Origin: Oricola sp.
GTDB lineage: Bacteria; Pseudomonadota; Alphaproteobacteria; Rhizobiales; Rhizobiaceae
Direction: 5' to 3'
Length of the DNA: 64,000 bases
NCBI RefSeq assembly: GCF_022763245.1
Contig: NZ_JALEGV010000041.1
Span: forward strand, 355,223-419,222
The translations under genes were made by a program, and so were the position numbers. Shown one piece after another: positions 19,528 to 30,168 of the stretch. Below the pieces are notes generated by a model. It saw only the letters and a program-made list of their open reading frames with translations. It did no database searches and was not told where the DNA came from. Within the stretch, counting starts at the first letter, position 1. Each line of letters opens with the position of its first letter.

Positions 19528-20421
19528 CTATCCGTCGCGCGGCGTCCACGCCACGCGATAGAGTTCCGGTCGCCGATCATGCAGATTGCGCACCGACCCT
19601 CTCTCTCGCGCTGAGTCTAGGGGCGCCATGTCGATGTCGGCGATGATCATCGTCTCGGCGTTCTCTGTCGCTTCCGCCGCGATTCCGTCGCGGGCGAAGG
19701 CGTGGTCGGATGGCGTCAGCACCGCCGACTGTGCGAAATTGATGTCCATGTTGGCGACATTCGGCACAGTGCCGACAAGGCCCGACGTCACCACGTAGCA
19801 CTGATTCTCCACCGTGCGGGCATGGCAGCAATAGCGCACCCGCAAATGGCCGTGACGCGTGTCGGTGCAATAGGGCACGAAGAAGAGCTTCGCCCCGGCG
19901 TCGGTCAGATGCCGCCCCATCTCCGGAAATTCGCTATCATAGCAGATCATAACGCCGATCGGCCCGCGATCGGTCTCGACCGGCTCCGCCGAACCGCCGC
20001 CCGAAATGGCCCAGACGGATTTCTCGTCCGGCGTCGGGTGCAGCTTGTCGCGCGCATGCAGTGTGCCGTCCCGCAGGGCGACGTAGGTGACGTTACGCGC
20101 CTTGCCGTCATCGCCGATCGTCGCATGCGAACCGCCGATGATATTGATGTCATGCGCGCGCGCCAGCGCGACCAGCCGCTCCTTCAGCGCGTCCGTATGG
20201 CCCGTGAGCCGGTGGATCGCTTCGGACGCCGGCACCATCGTTGCTTCTCCGGAAAGGAGCTGCAGCGTGAAATGCTCCGGAAAACAGACGAAATCGGCGC
20301 CGTAATCGCCGGCCGACCGCACATAGGTCGCGACGCGGTCGAAGAACACGTCCGCCGACGGTGTGAACTGCGCGGCGAACTGGACGCTAGCGACGCGAAC
20401 AGTGCCGGGCGTGGCGCTCAT
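19528..20421 (-). CDS. carbon-nitrogen hydrolase (nitrilase-superfamily) protein
   Basis: VRVASVQF... E-K-C catalytic triad context (FPEHF, KLHP, GVMICYD). 297 aa from Met 20421. Its start overlaps the msrA stop by 4 nt. Confidence 0.8.
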   Translation of the reverse strand: MSATPGTVRVASVQFAAQFTPSADVFFDRVATYVRSAGDYGADFVCFPEHFTLQLLSGEATMVPASEAIHRLTGHTDALKERLVALARAHDINIIGGSHATIGDDGKARNVTYVALRDGTLHARDKLHPTPDEKSVWAISGGGSAEPVETDRGPIGVMICYDSEFPEMGRHLTDAGAKLFFVPYCTDTRHGHLRVRYCCHARTVENQCYVVTSGLVGTVPNVANMDINFAQSAVLTPSDHAFARDGIAAEATENAETMIIADIDMAPLDSARERGSVRNLHDRRPELYRVAWTPRDG

Positions 20422-21074
20422 TCCGCAGCGCCGGGACAGGCGACGCCGGTGCCTCTCAGGCCGCAATAGCCGCCGGGGTTCTTCGCCAGATATTGCTGGT
20501 GATAGTCCTCGGCATAATAGAAGACGGGCGCCGGCCGGATCTCGGTCGTGATCGTCGCGCCCATGCCTCCCGCCTTCAACGCCGCCTGATAGGCGTCGCG
20601 GCTGGCCTCGGCGGCGGCGAGCTGCGCGTCGCTGGTCGTGTAGATCGCCGAGCGATAGGTGGTTCCGATGTCGTTGCCCTGGCGCATGCCCTGGGTCGGA
20701 TCGTGTTCCTCCCAGAACGTCTTCAGCAGCGCGTCGAGGCTCACCTTGTCCGGATCGAAGACGACCAGCACCATCTCGGCATGGCCGGTCATGCCTGTGG
20801 TCGTTTCCTGATAGGTGGGGTTGGGCGTGTGTCCGCCGGCATAGCCGACCGCGGTCACATAAACGCCGTCCATTTTCCAGAAAAGCCGTTCGGCCCCCCA
20901 GAAACAGCCCATGCCGAGATAGATCACCTGCATGCCGTCGGGCCAGGGTCCCTTCAACGGCTTGCCGTTGACGAAATGGTTTGCAGGGCTCGGCAAGGGC
21001 TCCGACCGGCCGGGCAGTGCCTGGGCGGGGTCGGGCATCTTTGTCTTTCTGTCGAACATGCTGGCGAGGAACAT
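20418..21074 (-). CDS. msrA: peptide-methionine (S)-S-oxide reductase
   Basis: GCFWG active-site motif ([16 protein letters not shown]). Confidence 0.9.
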   Translation of the reverse strand: MFLASMFDRKTKMPDPAQALPGRSEPLPSPANHFVNGKPLKGPWPDGMQVIYLGMGCFWGAERLFWKMDGVYVTAVGYAGGHTPNPTYQETTTGMTGHAEMVLVVFDPDKVSLDALLKTFWEEHDPTQGMRQGNDIGTTYRSAIYTTSDAQLAAAEASRDAYQAALKAGGMGATITTEIRPAPVFYYAEDYHQQYLAKNPGGYCGLRGTGVACPGAAE

Positions 21075-21098
21075 CGCGGCACTCCCGTTTTGGCGAGC

Positions 21099-21422
21099 CT
21101 AGCGCGGCAGGCGCTTGAGACCCTTCTCCGCCGGCTTGTGGCCCAGCGCATAGAGAAGCACGGCCAGTACGGCGAACACGACAAATGTGGGCAGGGCGAG
21201 GATTGTTGCAAGCACGGTGTCGCTCACAAAAGCGGGAGCGCTTGCCGCAAGCCAGGCACGCAGGGACTCGAGCGCCTCCGGCATGGCGAGTTCCATCGTC
21301 TCGACAAACGGCGTGAAGATCATCGTCGACACGCCGATGGAGCGGGTGGCGTCGATGATGACGAACATGACGGCAATCGCGAAGGCGAGGAAAGCCAAGG
21401 CTCTGAAGATAAAACGAATCAT
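21099..21422 (-). CDS. small two-TM membrane protein (107 aa), downstream of msrA
   Basis: Internal Met 21422 (MIRFIFRALAFLAFAIAVMFVII...) gives a compact hydrophobic protein. The longer listed ORF upstream is Arg/Gly-rich junk. Confidence 0.4.
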   Translation of the reverse strand: MIRFIFRALAFLAFAIAVMFVIIDATRSIGVSTMIFTPFVETMELAMPEALESLRAWLAASAPAFVSDTVLATILALPTFVVFAVLAVLLYALGHKPAEKGLKRLPR

Positions 21423-21680
21423 GGCGAGACCGGACCGGAAGGCAAAACGGGGCGAGCCGGTCGATCCATACGAGACGCGTCGGCGCCTTGCAATGCGTCT
21501 TGCGGCCGTGCCGGCGAAAGCGTCGTGATGACCGGTGCAAAAAAGAGCGAAAATGGGAGTTGAACCGCATGGCGTTCTGACTATATTGCCGCCACCGTGG
21601 CGGGCTTGGCCGGCTGCGGGCGGGTGGGTTTGACCTTCCGCGCGACGCCCGGCTTCAACCGACCGGGCGACGACTGGTAA

Positions 21681-21770
21681 GGTGAGGTGGCCGAGTGGTT
21701 GAAGGCGCACGCCTGGAACGCGTGTAGGCGGGAAACCGTCTCCAGGGTTCGAATCCCTGTCTCACCGCCA
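21681..21770 (+). tRNA. tRNA-Ser (anticodon GGA), class II with long variable arm, CCA encoded
   Basis: Acceptor GGTGAGG/CCTCACC(U), D-arm GCC-GAGTGGTTGAA-GGC, anticodon stem CACGC/GCGTG with loop CUGGAAC, long variable arm, T-loop GGTTCGAATCC, G73, CCA, then a TTTTT run. Confidence 0.85.
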
Positions 21771-21910
21771 TTTTTCTGACTTCACGCTGTCGCCCTTCGG
21801 GCTTCGCTCCAGTCGGGCCTCGCAAAGGCTCGGACGGCCGTTTGCCTTGCGAACCCCTTGGGTTCGAATGTTCTCCTCGCCTTTCCGCCTTCGACGATGC
21901 GCACTCGGCC

Positions 21911-21942
21911 TCAAAAACGCATTCGCCGCCCGGGTGGGCGGC
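21911..21942 (-). terminator. putative intrinsic terminator of the methyltransferase gene
   Basis: GC hairpin GCCGCCC-GGGT-GGGCGGC (21925-21942). On the minus-strand transcript it is followed by a GTTTTTG run. Confidence 0.35.
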
Positions 21943-21986
21943 GAACAAGGGCGCGTCTTCGTCGAAGCGGCGGAGGCGAGGGGGTC

Positions 21987-23033
21987 TTACTCGGCCAGTT
22001 TCTTGACCTTGCCGTAGACCACGTTGCGATTGGCGCCGTAGAAGACGTCGATCTCGACCTTGTTGCGGTCGACCGACGAATTGATGATGTCGAGCATGTC
22101 GTCATCCGACCGCAGGATGAGCGGCCAGTCCATGAAGGTCTCCATGTAGCCGTCGGTCGTGATCTCGTCGCTGAAATTGGCGAAGAGGAACTCGCCGCCC
22201 GGCCGCACGAACTCAAGCGCGCGCTGCAGCAGGCGCACGCCGACATTCTTCGGCAGGTAGTCGAAAAGGCCAGACGCGTAGACCAGGTCGAACGTGCCCA
22301 GGTCGTAGGACCGGCGCAGGATGCCGCGCACCGAGCCCTCGATGGCGGTCACGGCCGTGCCGACATGGCCGGCATTGACGATCGCGACGCTCATCGGATC
22401 CTGGTCGAGACCGATCCAGCGCTTGATCGTGCCGTCCTTCACCGCCTTGGAGATCTCGGCCTCGCGCAGATGGCCGCAGGCGATTGCCAGGACTTCAGCG
22501 TCGCTGCCGACACGCTCGGCGGTTCCGTCGACGAGCTTCGCCAGGAGTTCCTTGCGCTCGCGGCCGGCCTTGGAGCTCTCTGCGTCGCTCGTATAGGCGT
22601 AGATCTCGCGACCGAGCTCGGTCGAGGAGTTGATCACGTAATCGGCGGCCGGGTGCTTGTAATAGATGTCCAGCAGGCCGGCGTCGCCGGAATAGCCGCG
22701 CGGCTTGTTGAACGACCAGGACGTGAACGGGTCCTGCATCAGATATTCGGAAACCGGATGTTGCTGGGCGATCGGAATGAGTTCGCGCCAGACCGCGGGC
22801 GCCGCCTGGTGGCGCAACAAGTGCAGTTGGCCGGCAAGCTGGTGAACCACGTCGGCAGCCGGCTCCTTCTTCGCGAAGGCCTGGCGCGCGGTTTCCAGGA
22901 TCAATGTCAGCTGCGCCGTCCTTGCCGTCAGTTCGGCCGCCTCGAAAGGCGCAGTTTCGCCAAGTGAATGGCCCTTGATCTCTTCGGGAGTGATCAGGCT
23001 GTGTGCGTCGGACTTGAACCCAATAGTCGCCAT
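21987..23033 (-). CDS. class I SAM-dependent methyltransferase
   Basis: Rossmann-type SAM motif (VLAIACGHL...LDQDP; DLVYASGLFDYL). Start at Met 23033 (MATIGFKSD). The upstream part of the listed ORF is Arg-rich junk. Confidence 0.7.
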   Translation of the reverse strand: MATIGFKSDAHSLITPEEIKGHSLGETAPFEAAELTARTAQLTLILETARQAFAKKEPAADVVHQLAGQLHLLRHQAAPAVWRELIPIAQQHPVSEYLMQDPFTSWSFNKPRGYSGDAGLLDIYYKHPAADYVINSSTELGREIYAYTSDAESSKAGRERKELLAKLVDGTAERVGSDAEVLAIACGHLREAEISKAVKDGTIKRWIGLDQDPMSVAIVNAGHVGTAVTAIEGSVRGILRRSYDLGTFDLVYASGLFDYLPKNVGVRLLQRALEFVRPGGEFLFANFSDEITTDGYMETFMDWPLILRSDDDMLDIINSSVDRNKVEIDVFYGANRNVVYGKVKKLAE

Positions 23034-23470
23034 GGGACACCTTGCTTGATTTGAGGGTGCCCCGAACCGCGATCGACCGAGAGATCGGCCGGCCTCGTCG
23101 TTCCTGTCCCTGTGAGCGCACGCCGGCCCATGATCCGGCCGCGCCACACCCGCGAAGACCCGACGAGAACGGATCATCTCTGTGCCAATCCCCATCCCCG
23201 GGGCGTCTTTTCAAATCCTAGATGAGGATCATGCCCGGGAAAAGACAATGGTTAATTCTTGGTTAACACGATTTCGCAAATGCGATCCGTCTGCCCGATT
23301 TGACCGCTTTTGGAACAGGTTTTGGCACGATTCGCGACAGCCGAAACGCCGCTGTGAACCCATCTCGCCCGCGTTTACTTTGGATTAGCCCGGATGTGCC
23401 AAGTTCAGGATAGACGTTCGAGACCCCCGTTTTTCGGAAGGTTCGGGCGCCATCGGGGCTTGCTGACAAA

Positions 23471-25549
23471 GTGGTTGTCGGGGACTGTGTGACGAAACTG
23501 GACGAAGATACCGCCGGGCGGGTAAGGGCTGCGATCACGCGCGCCTGGTGGCGGCCCCAGGATCCCGTGCTGCTCGCCATGCTTCACGAGAAGGAGGCGT
23601 CGGGTAACCGTCGCGTCATTCGCTGGGGCATGTGGGCGGCGGTCCTGTCCTACATCGCCTACGGCTTCCTCGATTATTTTCTTCTGCCTGACACGGCCAT
23701 GTCGTCGATCCTGACGCGGACGCTTGTCGGCGTGTCGTTCCTGACGATGATCGAGATCTGCATTCGCACCGGGGCGAGCCAGCAATTGCTGCATCTCGTT
23801 TCCGCGACGGCGATCGTCACCGGCGGCGTTGCCTGGCTGCTGGTCGCGGTTCACAGCGTGCACCAGGTTGCGCTGTCCTATTTCATGGTCTTCGGGATCA
23901 CCTTCATCCTCGGGTCCAACCTGTTCTTCAATTTCCGGTTCCTGCTGTCCTTCATCGCGTCGGCGACGATCACGGTGACGTTCTGCGTGGCGATCATGCA
24001 GTATCTGCAGATCGGCCTGCCCGGCCGCATCGCCCTGACCGTGTTCTTCGTCAACTCGCTCGTCCTGTCGCTCTACCTGTCCTGGCGGCTCGGGCTGGAG
24101 CGCTATCACACCTTCGTCCATTCGCTTCAGGCGAAGATCCAGGAGAAGGTAGCGATCGAGAACGGGCAGAAACTGCACGAGATCGCCAACACCGATCCGC
24201 TGACCGGCCTGCGCAACCGCCGCGCCATCGCGCGCGAATTCATGGAGATGCGCAAGAGTTGGGCGTCGGGCGAGCAGCAGATCGGCGTCATCCTCGCCGA
24301 TGTGGACTATTTCAAGCGCTTCAACGACCGGCTCGGACACCAGGCCGGGGACGATTGCCTGGTGCAGCTCGCCGAAGCGTTTTCCAAGACGGCCGACAGG
24401 TTCGGCGCGCTCGCCGGGCGTCATGGCGGCGAGGAGTTCATCTTCCTGTGCAAGGTGCGCGACGAGGAGCACCTCGCGGAAATCTCCGAAGAGCTTTGCG
24501 ACGTCGTCAAGCGGCTTGGGATCGAGCATCCGGATCGCGGTGACGGGCTTCACGTCATCACCATCTCCGTTGGTGCCTCGATCAGCCGCGCCGAGACCAG
24601 CCTGGAGCTGAGCGCGCTGCTGCAGGAGGCCGACCGCGCGCTCTACTCCTCAAAGTTCATCGGCCGTGCGACCTTCACGATCTTCGATCCGGACAACAAC
24701 GACAGCGACTTCTCGACCCAGAACCTCTCGGTTCTGTTGAAGGAAGCCCAGGCACGCGATCTCGTCTCCACCGTGTACCAGCCGATCAAGGACATGGAGA
24801 CCGGCGAGATCACCGGCTTCGAGACGCTGATGCGCCTGTGCGATTTCGATGGCAGCGTCATCAGTCCGAACGTCTTCATCCCCGAGGCCGAACGCACCGG
24901 CGCAATCGTCGAACTCGGCTACTGGGTGATCGAGCGTGCCGTCCGTGACATCAGTGCGCTGAAGAGTGACGGCGTGATTTCCGTCAACGTCTCCGGCATC
25001 CAGCTGAAGGCGCCGGGTTTCCCGCTGCGCGTGGCCGAGATCATCGCGCGGGAAGGCCTGCCGGCGCGTCGTCTGGCGCTGGAGATCACCGAGGGGATCG
25101 ACATCTTCCTGGAATCCCAGGCGCTGAAAAGCGTGGAGGAACTGCGCAGCTTCGGCGTGCAGATCTGGCTGGACGATTTCGGCACCGGCTTTGCCGGCTT
25201 GGCCTGGCTGCGCGAGATCGAATTCGACCTGGTCAAGATCGACAAGGGCTTCCTGCAGGACTGCCAATCCGAAAACGGCGTCCTGATGCTGCAGGACATG
25301 GTGAAGCTCCTACACAATCGCGGCGTCCACGTGCTCGTCGAGGGTGTCGAATCCGAGGAACAGCTGCAGCTGCTGGAGCGCCTGGAAGTCAACCTGGCCC
25401 AGGGCTTCTGGATTGGTCGGCCATCACCGCTCGAGAGCTACGAAAAAGCTGCCGCGGCCGAACCCGCAACGAAAAAGCCCGTCCAGGCCCGGGCGAAAAG
25501 CAAGGCCAGGGCCGCCGCGCAGCGCCGGGCGGCCGCCAAGGTCGGCTGA
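23471..25549 (+). CDS. membrane-anchored GGDEF-EAL (c-di-GMP cyclase/phosphodiesterase) protein
   Basis: N-terminal multi-TM sensor region, GGDEF (RHGGEEFIFLC), and an EAL domain (ETLMRL, DDFGTGFAGLAWL, EGVESEEQ). Confidence 0.85.
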   Translation: MVVGDCVTKLDEDTAGRVRAAITRAWWRPQDPVLLAMLHEKEASGNRRVIRWGMWAAVLSYIAYGFLDYFLLPDTAMSSILTRTLVGVSFLTMIEICIRTGASQQLLHLVSATAIVTGGVAWLLVAVHSVHQVALSYFMVFGITFILGSNLFFNFRFLLSFIASATITVTFCVAIMQYLQIGLPGRIALTVFFVNSLVLSLYLSWRLGLERYHTFVHSLQAKIQEKVAIENGQKLHEIANTDPLTGLRNRRAIAREFMEMRKSWASGEQQIGVILADVDYFKRFNDRLGHQAGDDCLVQLAEAFSKTADRFGALAGRHGGEEFIFLCKVRDEEHLAEISEELCDVVKRLGIEHPDRGDGLHVITISVGASISRAETSLELSALLQEADRALYSSKFIGRATFTIFDPDNNDSDFSTQNLSVLLKEAQARDLVSTVYQPIKDMETGEITGFETLMRLCDFDGSVISPNVFIPEAERTGAIVELGYWVIERAVRDISALKSDGVISVNVSGIQLKAPGFPLRVAEIIAREGLPARRLALEITEGIDIFLESQALKSVEELRSFGVQIWLDDFGTGFAGLAWLREIEFDLVKIDKGFLQDCQSENGVLMLQDMVKLLHNRGVHVLVEGVESEEQLQLLERLEVNLAQGFWIGRPSPLESYEKAAAAEPATKKPVQARAKSKARAAAQRRAAAKVG

Positions 25550-25581
25550 GCGGGCCGTTCGTCAGGCGAGGTCGTAGCCCT

Positions 25582-26271
25582 CTAGAAATCAAGATCGGAA
25601 TAATGCGACGGGGGCGGCACGCGCCGCACCCTGTCCTCCAAGAGCGGCCGGAAGGACGGGCGAGACTTGAGGCGCTGATACCAGTCGCGGGCCGCCGGCT
25701 CGCTCCCCCAGTCGATTTCGCCCAGATAGTCGAGCACGCTGACCATCGCGCCGGCGGCGAGGTCAGCCAGCGTCAGCCGGTCGCCGGCGAGCAAGTTGCG
25801 GCTGTGCGCGAGCCAGCCGAGATAGCGCATGTGCTGGCGCACATTGCCGCGCGCGGCGCGCAACACGGCCGAATCCGGCGCCCCTCCGCCTTCGGCGGCC
25901 GTCATCTGCAGCTTGAAGACCCGTTCGCGCGCGATCGGCCGCGTGGCGTCGCTCTCCGCCTTCGACAGGAACCAGTCGACCAGCCGGCGCACCTCGGCGC
26001 GCTCCAGCGGCGAACCGGGCATCAGCCGGCGCTCGCGCATGATCGGCCCGCGCGTCTCGTCGAGATACTCGGAGATCGCATAGGCGCCGACAATGCCGGT
26101 TTCCGCCTCGCTCATCAGCACCGGCACGGAGCCCGCCGGGTTGATCTGCATGAATTCGGGGCGGCGTGCCCAGGGCATCTCCTCGACCAGTTGGGGCGTC
26201 TCGCCATATTCGGCGAGCAGCAGGCGAACGAAACGGGAGGGGGCGGAAACGGTGTGGTGATAGAGCAGCAT
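25582..26271 (-). CDS. glutathione S-transferase family protein
   Basis: Thioredoxin-like N-terminal domain (MLLYHHTVSAPSRFVRLLLAEYG...SVPVL) and a helical C-terminal domain. Confidence 0.8.
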   Translation of the reverse strand: MLLYHHTVSAPSRFVRLLLAEYGETPQLVEEMPWARRPEFMQINPAGSVPVLMSEAETGIVGAYAISEYLDETRGPIMRERRLMPGSPLERAEVRRLVDWFLSKAESDATRPIARERVFKLQMTAAEGGGAPDSAVLRAARGNVRQHMRYLGWLAHSRNLLAGDRLTLADLAAGAMVSVLDYLGEIDWGSEPAARDWYQRLKSRPSFRPLLEDRVRRVPPPSHYSDLDF

Positions 26272-26338
26272 GGGAGATCGCGTTAGGCGGAGAATTTGGT
26301 CTCTATGGGGCGGAGACGGTCAGCGCAATCGCCCAGAT

Positions 26339-27310
26339 TCAAGGGGCGAACGCCGCGATGTCGGCAAGGGTCGGCAGATCGGCGCCGCGCCGCGAACAGG
26401 TGACCGCCGCCGCCTTGACCGCGAAGCCGGCCATGGCGCCGATATCGGCATCGCGCGCCTTGCCCTTGGCCGTCAGGCCCTCGGCACCCAGCCAGTGCAG
26501 GCAGGCGGCCTGGAACGTGTCGCCCGCCCCCACGGTGTCGGCGACCGAAACGGTCACGCCGGGTACCGCGATTTCGCGCCCGTCCGCCGAAAAGGCCAAG
26601 GCCCCGTTCATGCCGAGCGTCACGCAGACGAGATCGGCCCCGGAGGCGATCATGTCGGCGGCGAACTTTTCCGGCGTCGCCGAGAGGTGCTCGACGTCCT
26701 CGTCGCTCGCCTTGACGAACGCAGCCGCCCGACCCATCGCGTCGGCCCTTTCCCGCCAGATGGCGATGTCCGGTTCGACCATCAGGCGCAAATTGGGATC
26801 ATAGGACACGAAGCGGTTCTCCGCCTCGCGCGCGGCAAGCGCCGAAAGTGCCGTCGCCGTGGGTTCCATCACGGTGGAATAGGAGCCGAAATGGATGACC
26901 CGAACGGCGGGATCGAGTGTCGCGGGCAGGTCCTCCACCGTCACGGAGCAGTCCGCCGTGCCGTCGGTGTAGAACACGTAGTCTGCGCTGTTGTCTTCCT
27001 TCAGCCCGATCATGGCCAGCGTGGTGTTCTGGCGCGTCTCGACGCACGGGCTGGAATCGATGTCGTTGGCGGCCATGAAGCCGGCGATGCGGCGCCCGAA
27101 CATGTCGGTGGAGATGCGCGTGAAGAAGCGGGCGTGGTTGCCCATGCGCGCCAGCCCCAGCGCCACGTTGAGCGGCGAGCCGCCTACATGCCCGTCGATT
27201 GCGATCCCGTGCGGGTCGTCGGAGGGGCCGGTGAACATGTCGAAAAGGCTATCGCCGCAGCACAGATACATGTCGCATCTTTCGGTTCGGCCGCGGCCGA
27301 CCGCGGTCAC
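26339..27310 (-). CDS. PfkB-family carbohydrate kinase
   Basis: Ribokinase-like GG motif and the C-terminal GAGD anion-hole motif (DTVGAGDTF). The start overlaps the stop of the upstream oxidoreductase by 4 nt. Confidence 0.8.
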   Translation of the reverse strand: MTAVGRGRTERCDMYLCCGDSLFDMFTGPSDDPHGIAIDGHVGGSPLNVALGLARMGNHARFFTRISTDMFGRRIAGFMAANDIDSSPCVETRQNTTLAMIGLKEDNSADYVFYTDGTADCSVTVEDLPATLDPAVRVIHFGSYSTVMEPTATALSALAAREAENRFVSYDPNLRLMVEPDIAIWRERADAMGRAAAFVKASDEDVEHLSATPEKFAADMIASGADLVCVTLGMNGALAFSADGREIAVPGVTVSVADTVGAGDTFQAACLHWLGAEGLTAKGKARDADIGAMAGFAVKAAAVTCSRRGADLPTLADIAAFAP

Positions 27311-28401
27311 AGGGAAACGATGACGCCGTCGCGAATGGAGCGTTCGGCGGCAGCGCCCATTTCTACCGCCCTTGCGCCGTCATGCAAGGTCACCTCCGGC
27401 GTGCCGCCCTCGCGCACCAGCCGCAGGAACCGCTCGTGCTGGTAGAACGTGCCGCCATGGTGGTCGCCCGCGCGCAGCACCCGCTCGTCCACATGGATCG
27501 CCTCGCGCCTCGGCGCCTTATCGGCGCGCGGCGAGACGATGATCTCGGAAACGCGCTCCGCACCGCCCGGCCAGAACCGCGCCGGCCCGGGCACGACCGC
27601 TTCCACCTTGCCGGCGTCGCCGGTCACCGAAACCTGTTCCTGGAAATAGGCGCCTTCCGCGAACATGCAGAGATCCAGGGCGGCGCGCATGCCGTTGGCG
27701 AAGTCGATGATCACGAAGGCGTTGTCGAGGATGTCCGGTCGCTGGCCGCCGTGATCCTCGTCGAGATGATTCACGTCCTGCGCGCCGGAGGCATAGAGGC
27801 GCACGGGTTCGCTCTGGGCGATCAGCCGCATCAGGTCGAAGAAATGGCAGCATTTCTCCACCATCGTGCCGCCCGAGCGTGCGGAGAAACGGTTCCAGTG
27901 GCCGACCTTGGTCAGGAAGGGAAAGCGGTGTTCGACGATGGAGATCATCTTCGGCCGGCCCGTAGCGCCGGCGCGGACCTCTTCCACCAGCCGCGCCACT
28001 GGCGGCATGTAGCGATATTCCATCGCCACCCAGACCGGCGCGTCGCGGCTTTCCGCCCTCAATGCGAGCGTAGTGGCGCCGCTGGCGTCGGTTGCCGAAG
28101 GCTTTTCCAGCAGCACCGGCAGCCGCGTCGCCATCAGCGCGTCCATCACGGCGAAATGGGTGTCGTTGGGGCTCGCGACGACGATCGCGTCGGCCAGTCC
28201 CGCCGACAGAAGTTCGCGAAAATCGGAGAAGGCACGCAGATCGGCAAAGCCGTGCTGGCCGGCGACCGTCGTACCGGCAGCACGCATCCCCTCGTCGGGA
28301 TCGGCGATCGCCGTGATCGCGACATCGGGCAGGAGCGCGATGTTGCGGATGTGCTCCTGGCCCATCATTCCGGTCCCGATGATCGCGTAGCGCGTCGGCA
28401 T
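27307..28401 (-). CDS. Gfo/Idh/MocA-family NAD(P)-dependent oxidoreductase
   Basis: N-terminal Rossmann (YAIIGTGMMGQEHIRN) and EKP motif (LLEKP). Confidence 0.8.
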   Translation of the reverse strand: MPTRYAIIGTGMMGQEHIRNIALLPDVAITAIADPDEGMRAAGTTVAGQHGFADLRAFSDFRELLSAGLADAIVVASPNDTHFAVMDALMATRLPVLLEKPSATDASGATTLALRAESRDAPVWVAMEYRYMPPVARLVEEVRAGATGRPKMISIVEHRFPFLTKVGHWNRFSARSGGTMVEKCCHFFDLMRLIAQSEPVRLYASGAQDVNHLDEDHGGQRPDILDNAFVIIDFANGMRAALDLCMFAEGAYFQEQVSVTGDAGKVEAVVPGPARFWPGGAERVSEIIVSPRADKAPRREAIHVDERVLRAGDHHGGTFYQHERFLRLVREGGTPEVTLHDGARAVEMGAAAERSIRDGVIVSL

Positions 28402-28512
28402 GATATCTCTCCAGGGCCGAATTCCGAGGCCCGGCCTTTGCCCTTATCGCGACGCGCCAAGGACGGCAAGAGAATCTATATCAATCATGAATGAATTTGC
28501 ACGCGTGCCTGC

Positions 28513-29121
28513 TTAGCCGGGCGCATGGATGCGCAGCAGATGCGCGACTGCACGCTGTGTCCGAGCCTCGGCCTGCGCACGCGTCGGCGGTTCCATGGCC
28601 CCGATCGCGCGGCGGATCTGCCAGTCGCCGATCAGAAGGTTGATGAAGGTTTCCGCCGCCTCCTTCGGGTCGGCGATCGTCATGCGCCCGTCGCGGCCGG
28701 CGCTTTCCAGCACGTCGGCGAGGAGCGGCAGGACGGTCTCGCGGCCATGCTTTGCGATGGTGCGGCCGAGCGTTGCCGTTTCGAACACGTCGCCCGCCGC
28801 CGCCCGGTTGAGCGCCACGGCCTTTTCGCCCGTGACGATCTCGAGGAGAACCGGCCCAAGTCGGGCGAGGGTGTCGAGCGGATCGTCAGCCGCCTTTTGC
28901 GCCGATTGGAGCAAGTCACGCGCTTCGCGGGCGTTGTCCTCGACCAGGCTGGCAAACAGCGCCTGCTTGTTGCCGAACCATTTGTAGAGCGTCTCGTTGG
29001 ACGCCTTCGCCCGCCGTGCGATCTCCAGCATGGAGGCGGCCTTGTAGCCCTTCTCGGCGAGCACTTCGAATGCTGCCTGCTTGATCGCCGCGCGCCGCCG
29101 CGCCGCATAGTCACCGCTCAT
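28513..29121 (-). CDS. TetR/AcrR-family transcriptional regulator
   Basis: HTH (FEVLAEKGYKAASMLEIARRAKASNETLYKWF). Start at Met 29121 (MSGDYAARRR). Divergent from a secreted/membrane hypothetical gene. Confidence 0.8.
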   Translation of the reverse strand: MSGDYAARRRAAIKQAAFEVLAEKGYKAASMLEIARRAKASNETLYKWFGNKQALFASLVEDNAREARDLLQSAQKAADDPLDTLARLGPVLLEIVTGEKAVALNRAAAGDVFETATLGRTIAKHGRETVLPLLADVLESAGRDGRMTIADPKEAAETFINLLIGDWQIRRAIGAMEPPTRAQAEARTQRAVAHLLRIHAPG

Positions 29122-29219
29122 GACCGGTCTCCTGTCGCCTTGACAAATCCGTAAACAAATATACGTATCTGTCAAATCGTACAAAAGATTACGATTACTC
29201 TCGAGATTGGAGATTCGAC

Positions 29220-30071
29220 ATGTCCTTCCGCAAGACCCTCCTGATCGCCCTTGGCCTGACCGTCGCCGTGCCGGCCGGTTGGATCGCCTGGTCGTCCTAT
29301 TCATTGCGTGCAGAGATCGACGCGCACGAAGACGGCGTGATCGCTGACGCGGTGCGGCGCGAACCGGCCTATGACGCGGATGCCATGGCAGCGTTGCCCG
29401 CGCCGGTGCAGCGCTATTTCGATTTTGTGTTCCCCGACGGCCCGCCCCTCGACATCGCCTATGTCGAGGTGGAAATGCGCGGGAGCTTCCGACGCCCGCT
29501 GATGGAGAATTTCGAGCCGACCACGGCGCATCAGGTCGCCTCGGTGCGCAAGCCCGACCTTGTCTTTTCCGCTGACACGCCGATCTTCGGCCCGGTCTGG
29601 GCGATCGCCTATGACGTCTTTGTCGATGGCGAGATGGAGATGGGCGCAAAGCTGCTCTCGACCCTTCGCGTCGTCGACGAGACAGGCACGCCGGAACTCA
29701 ACCGGATTTCGCTGCGCCGATGGCTGTTGGAAAGCCCAGCCTATCCGATGGCCCTGCTGCCGGGCGGGCCGGTCACCTGGGAGCCGATCGACGACAGCCA
29801 TGCCCGCGCCGTCGTGCGCGCCTACGGGCTCGAAGCCTCGATGATCGCGCGTTTTCGTGATGATGGCAGCCTTGCCGCCCTGGACGCGGAGGAGGACGGC
29901 GACCTGACGACGCCTTATCACGGCTCCGGAGAACACACCGCGCGCTCCGAATACCGCCTCGTCGACGGCGTGCGTGTGCCGATGCGCTTCGAGATCGCGC
30001 GCGCCGCCGGCGGCGAGACCTATCCCTTCTGGACCGGCGACATCGTCTCCATCCGCTTCGGCAAGCGGTAA
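29220..30071 (+). CDS. hypothetical protein with N-terminal membrane anchor (possibly DUF6544-like)
   Basis: An N-terminal TM/signal segment, then LPAPVQRYFDFVFPDGPPL. No enzymatic motifs recognised. Divergent from the TetR gene. Confidence 0.45.
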   Translation: MSFRKTLLIALGLTVAVPAGWIAWSSYSLRAEIDAHEDGVIADAVRREPAYDADAMAALPAPVQRYFDFVFPDGPPLDIAYVEVEMRGSFRRPLMENFEPTTAHQVASVRKPDLVFSADTPIFGPVWAIAYDVFVDGEMEMGAKLLSTLRVVDETGTPELNRISLRRWLLESPAYPMALLPGGPVTWEPIDDSHARAVVRAYGLEASMIARFRDDGSLAALDAEEDGDLTTPYHGSGEHTARSEYRLVDGVRVPMRFEIARAAGGETYPFWTGDIVSIRFGKR

Positions 30072-30168
30072 CCGCGCACTTAACCGTGTCGCGCTGGAAA
30101 TCGGTCGTCGCTTGCGCAATAATCCCGCCGTTCTCCCGGGAGGGTTTCAGGAGGGTCTGTTGCCTCGC

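Noticed and set aside
19528-21570. A single 680-aa minus-strand ORF spanning the nitrilase-like gene, msrA and the small membrane protein
   Set aside because: Only the last 297 residues (from Met 20421) form the C-N hydrolase. The upstream part is off-frame junk running through msrA, which is clearly encoded in another frame (GCFWG motif).
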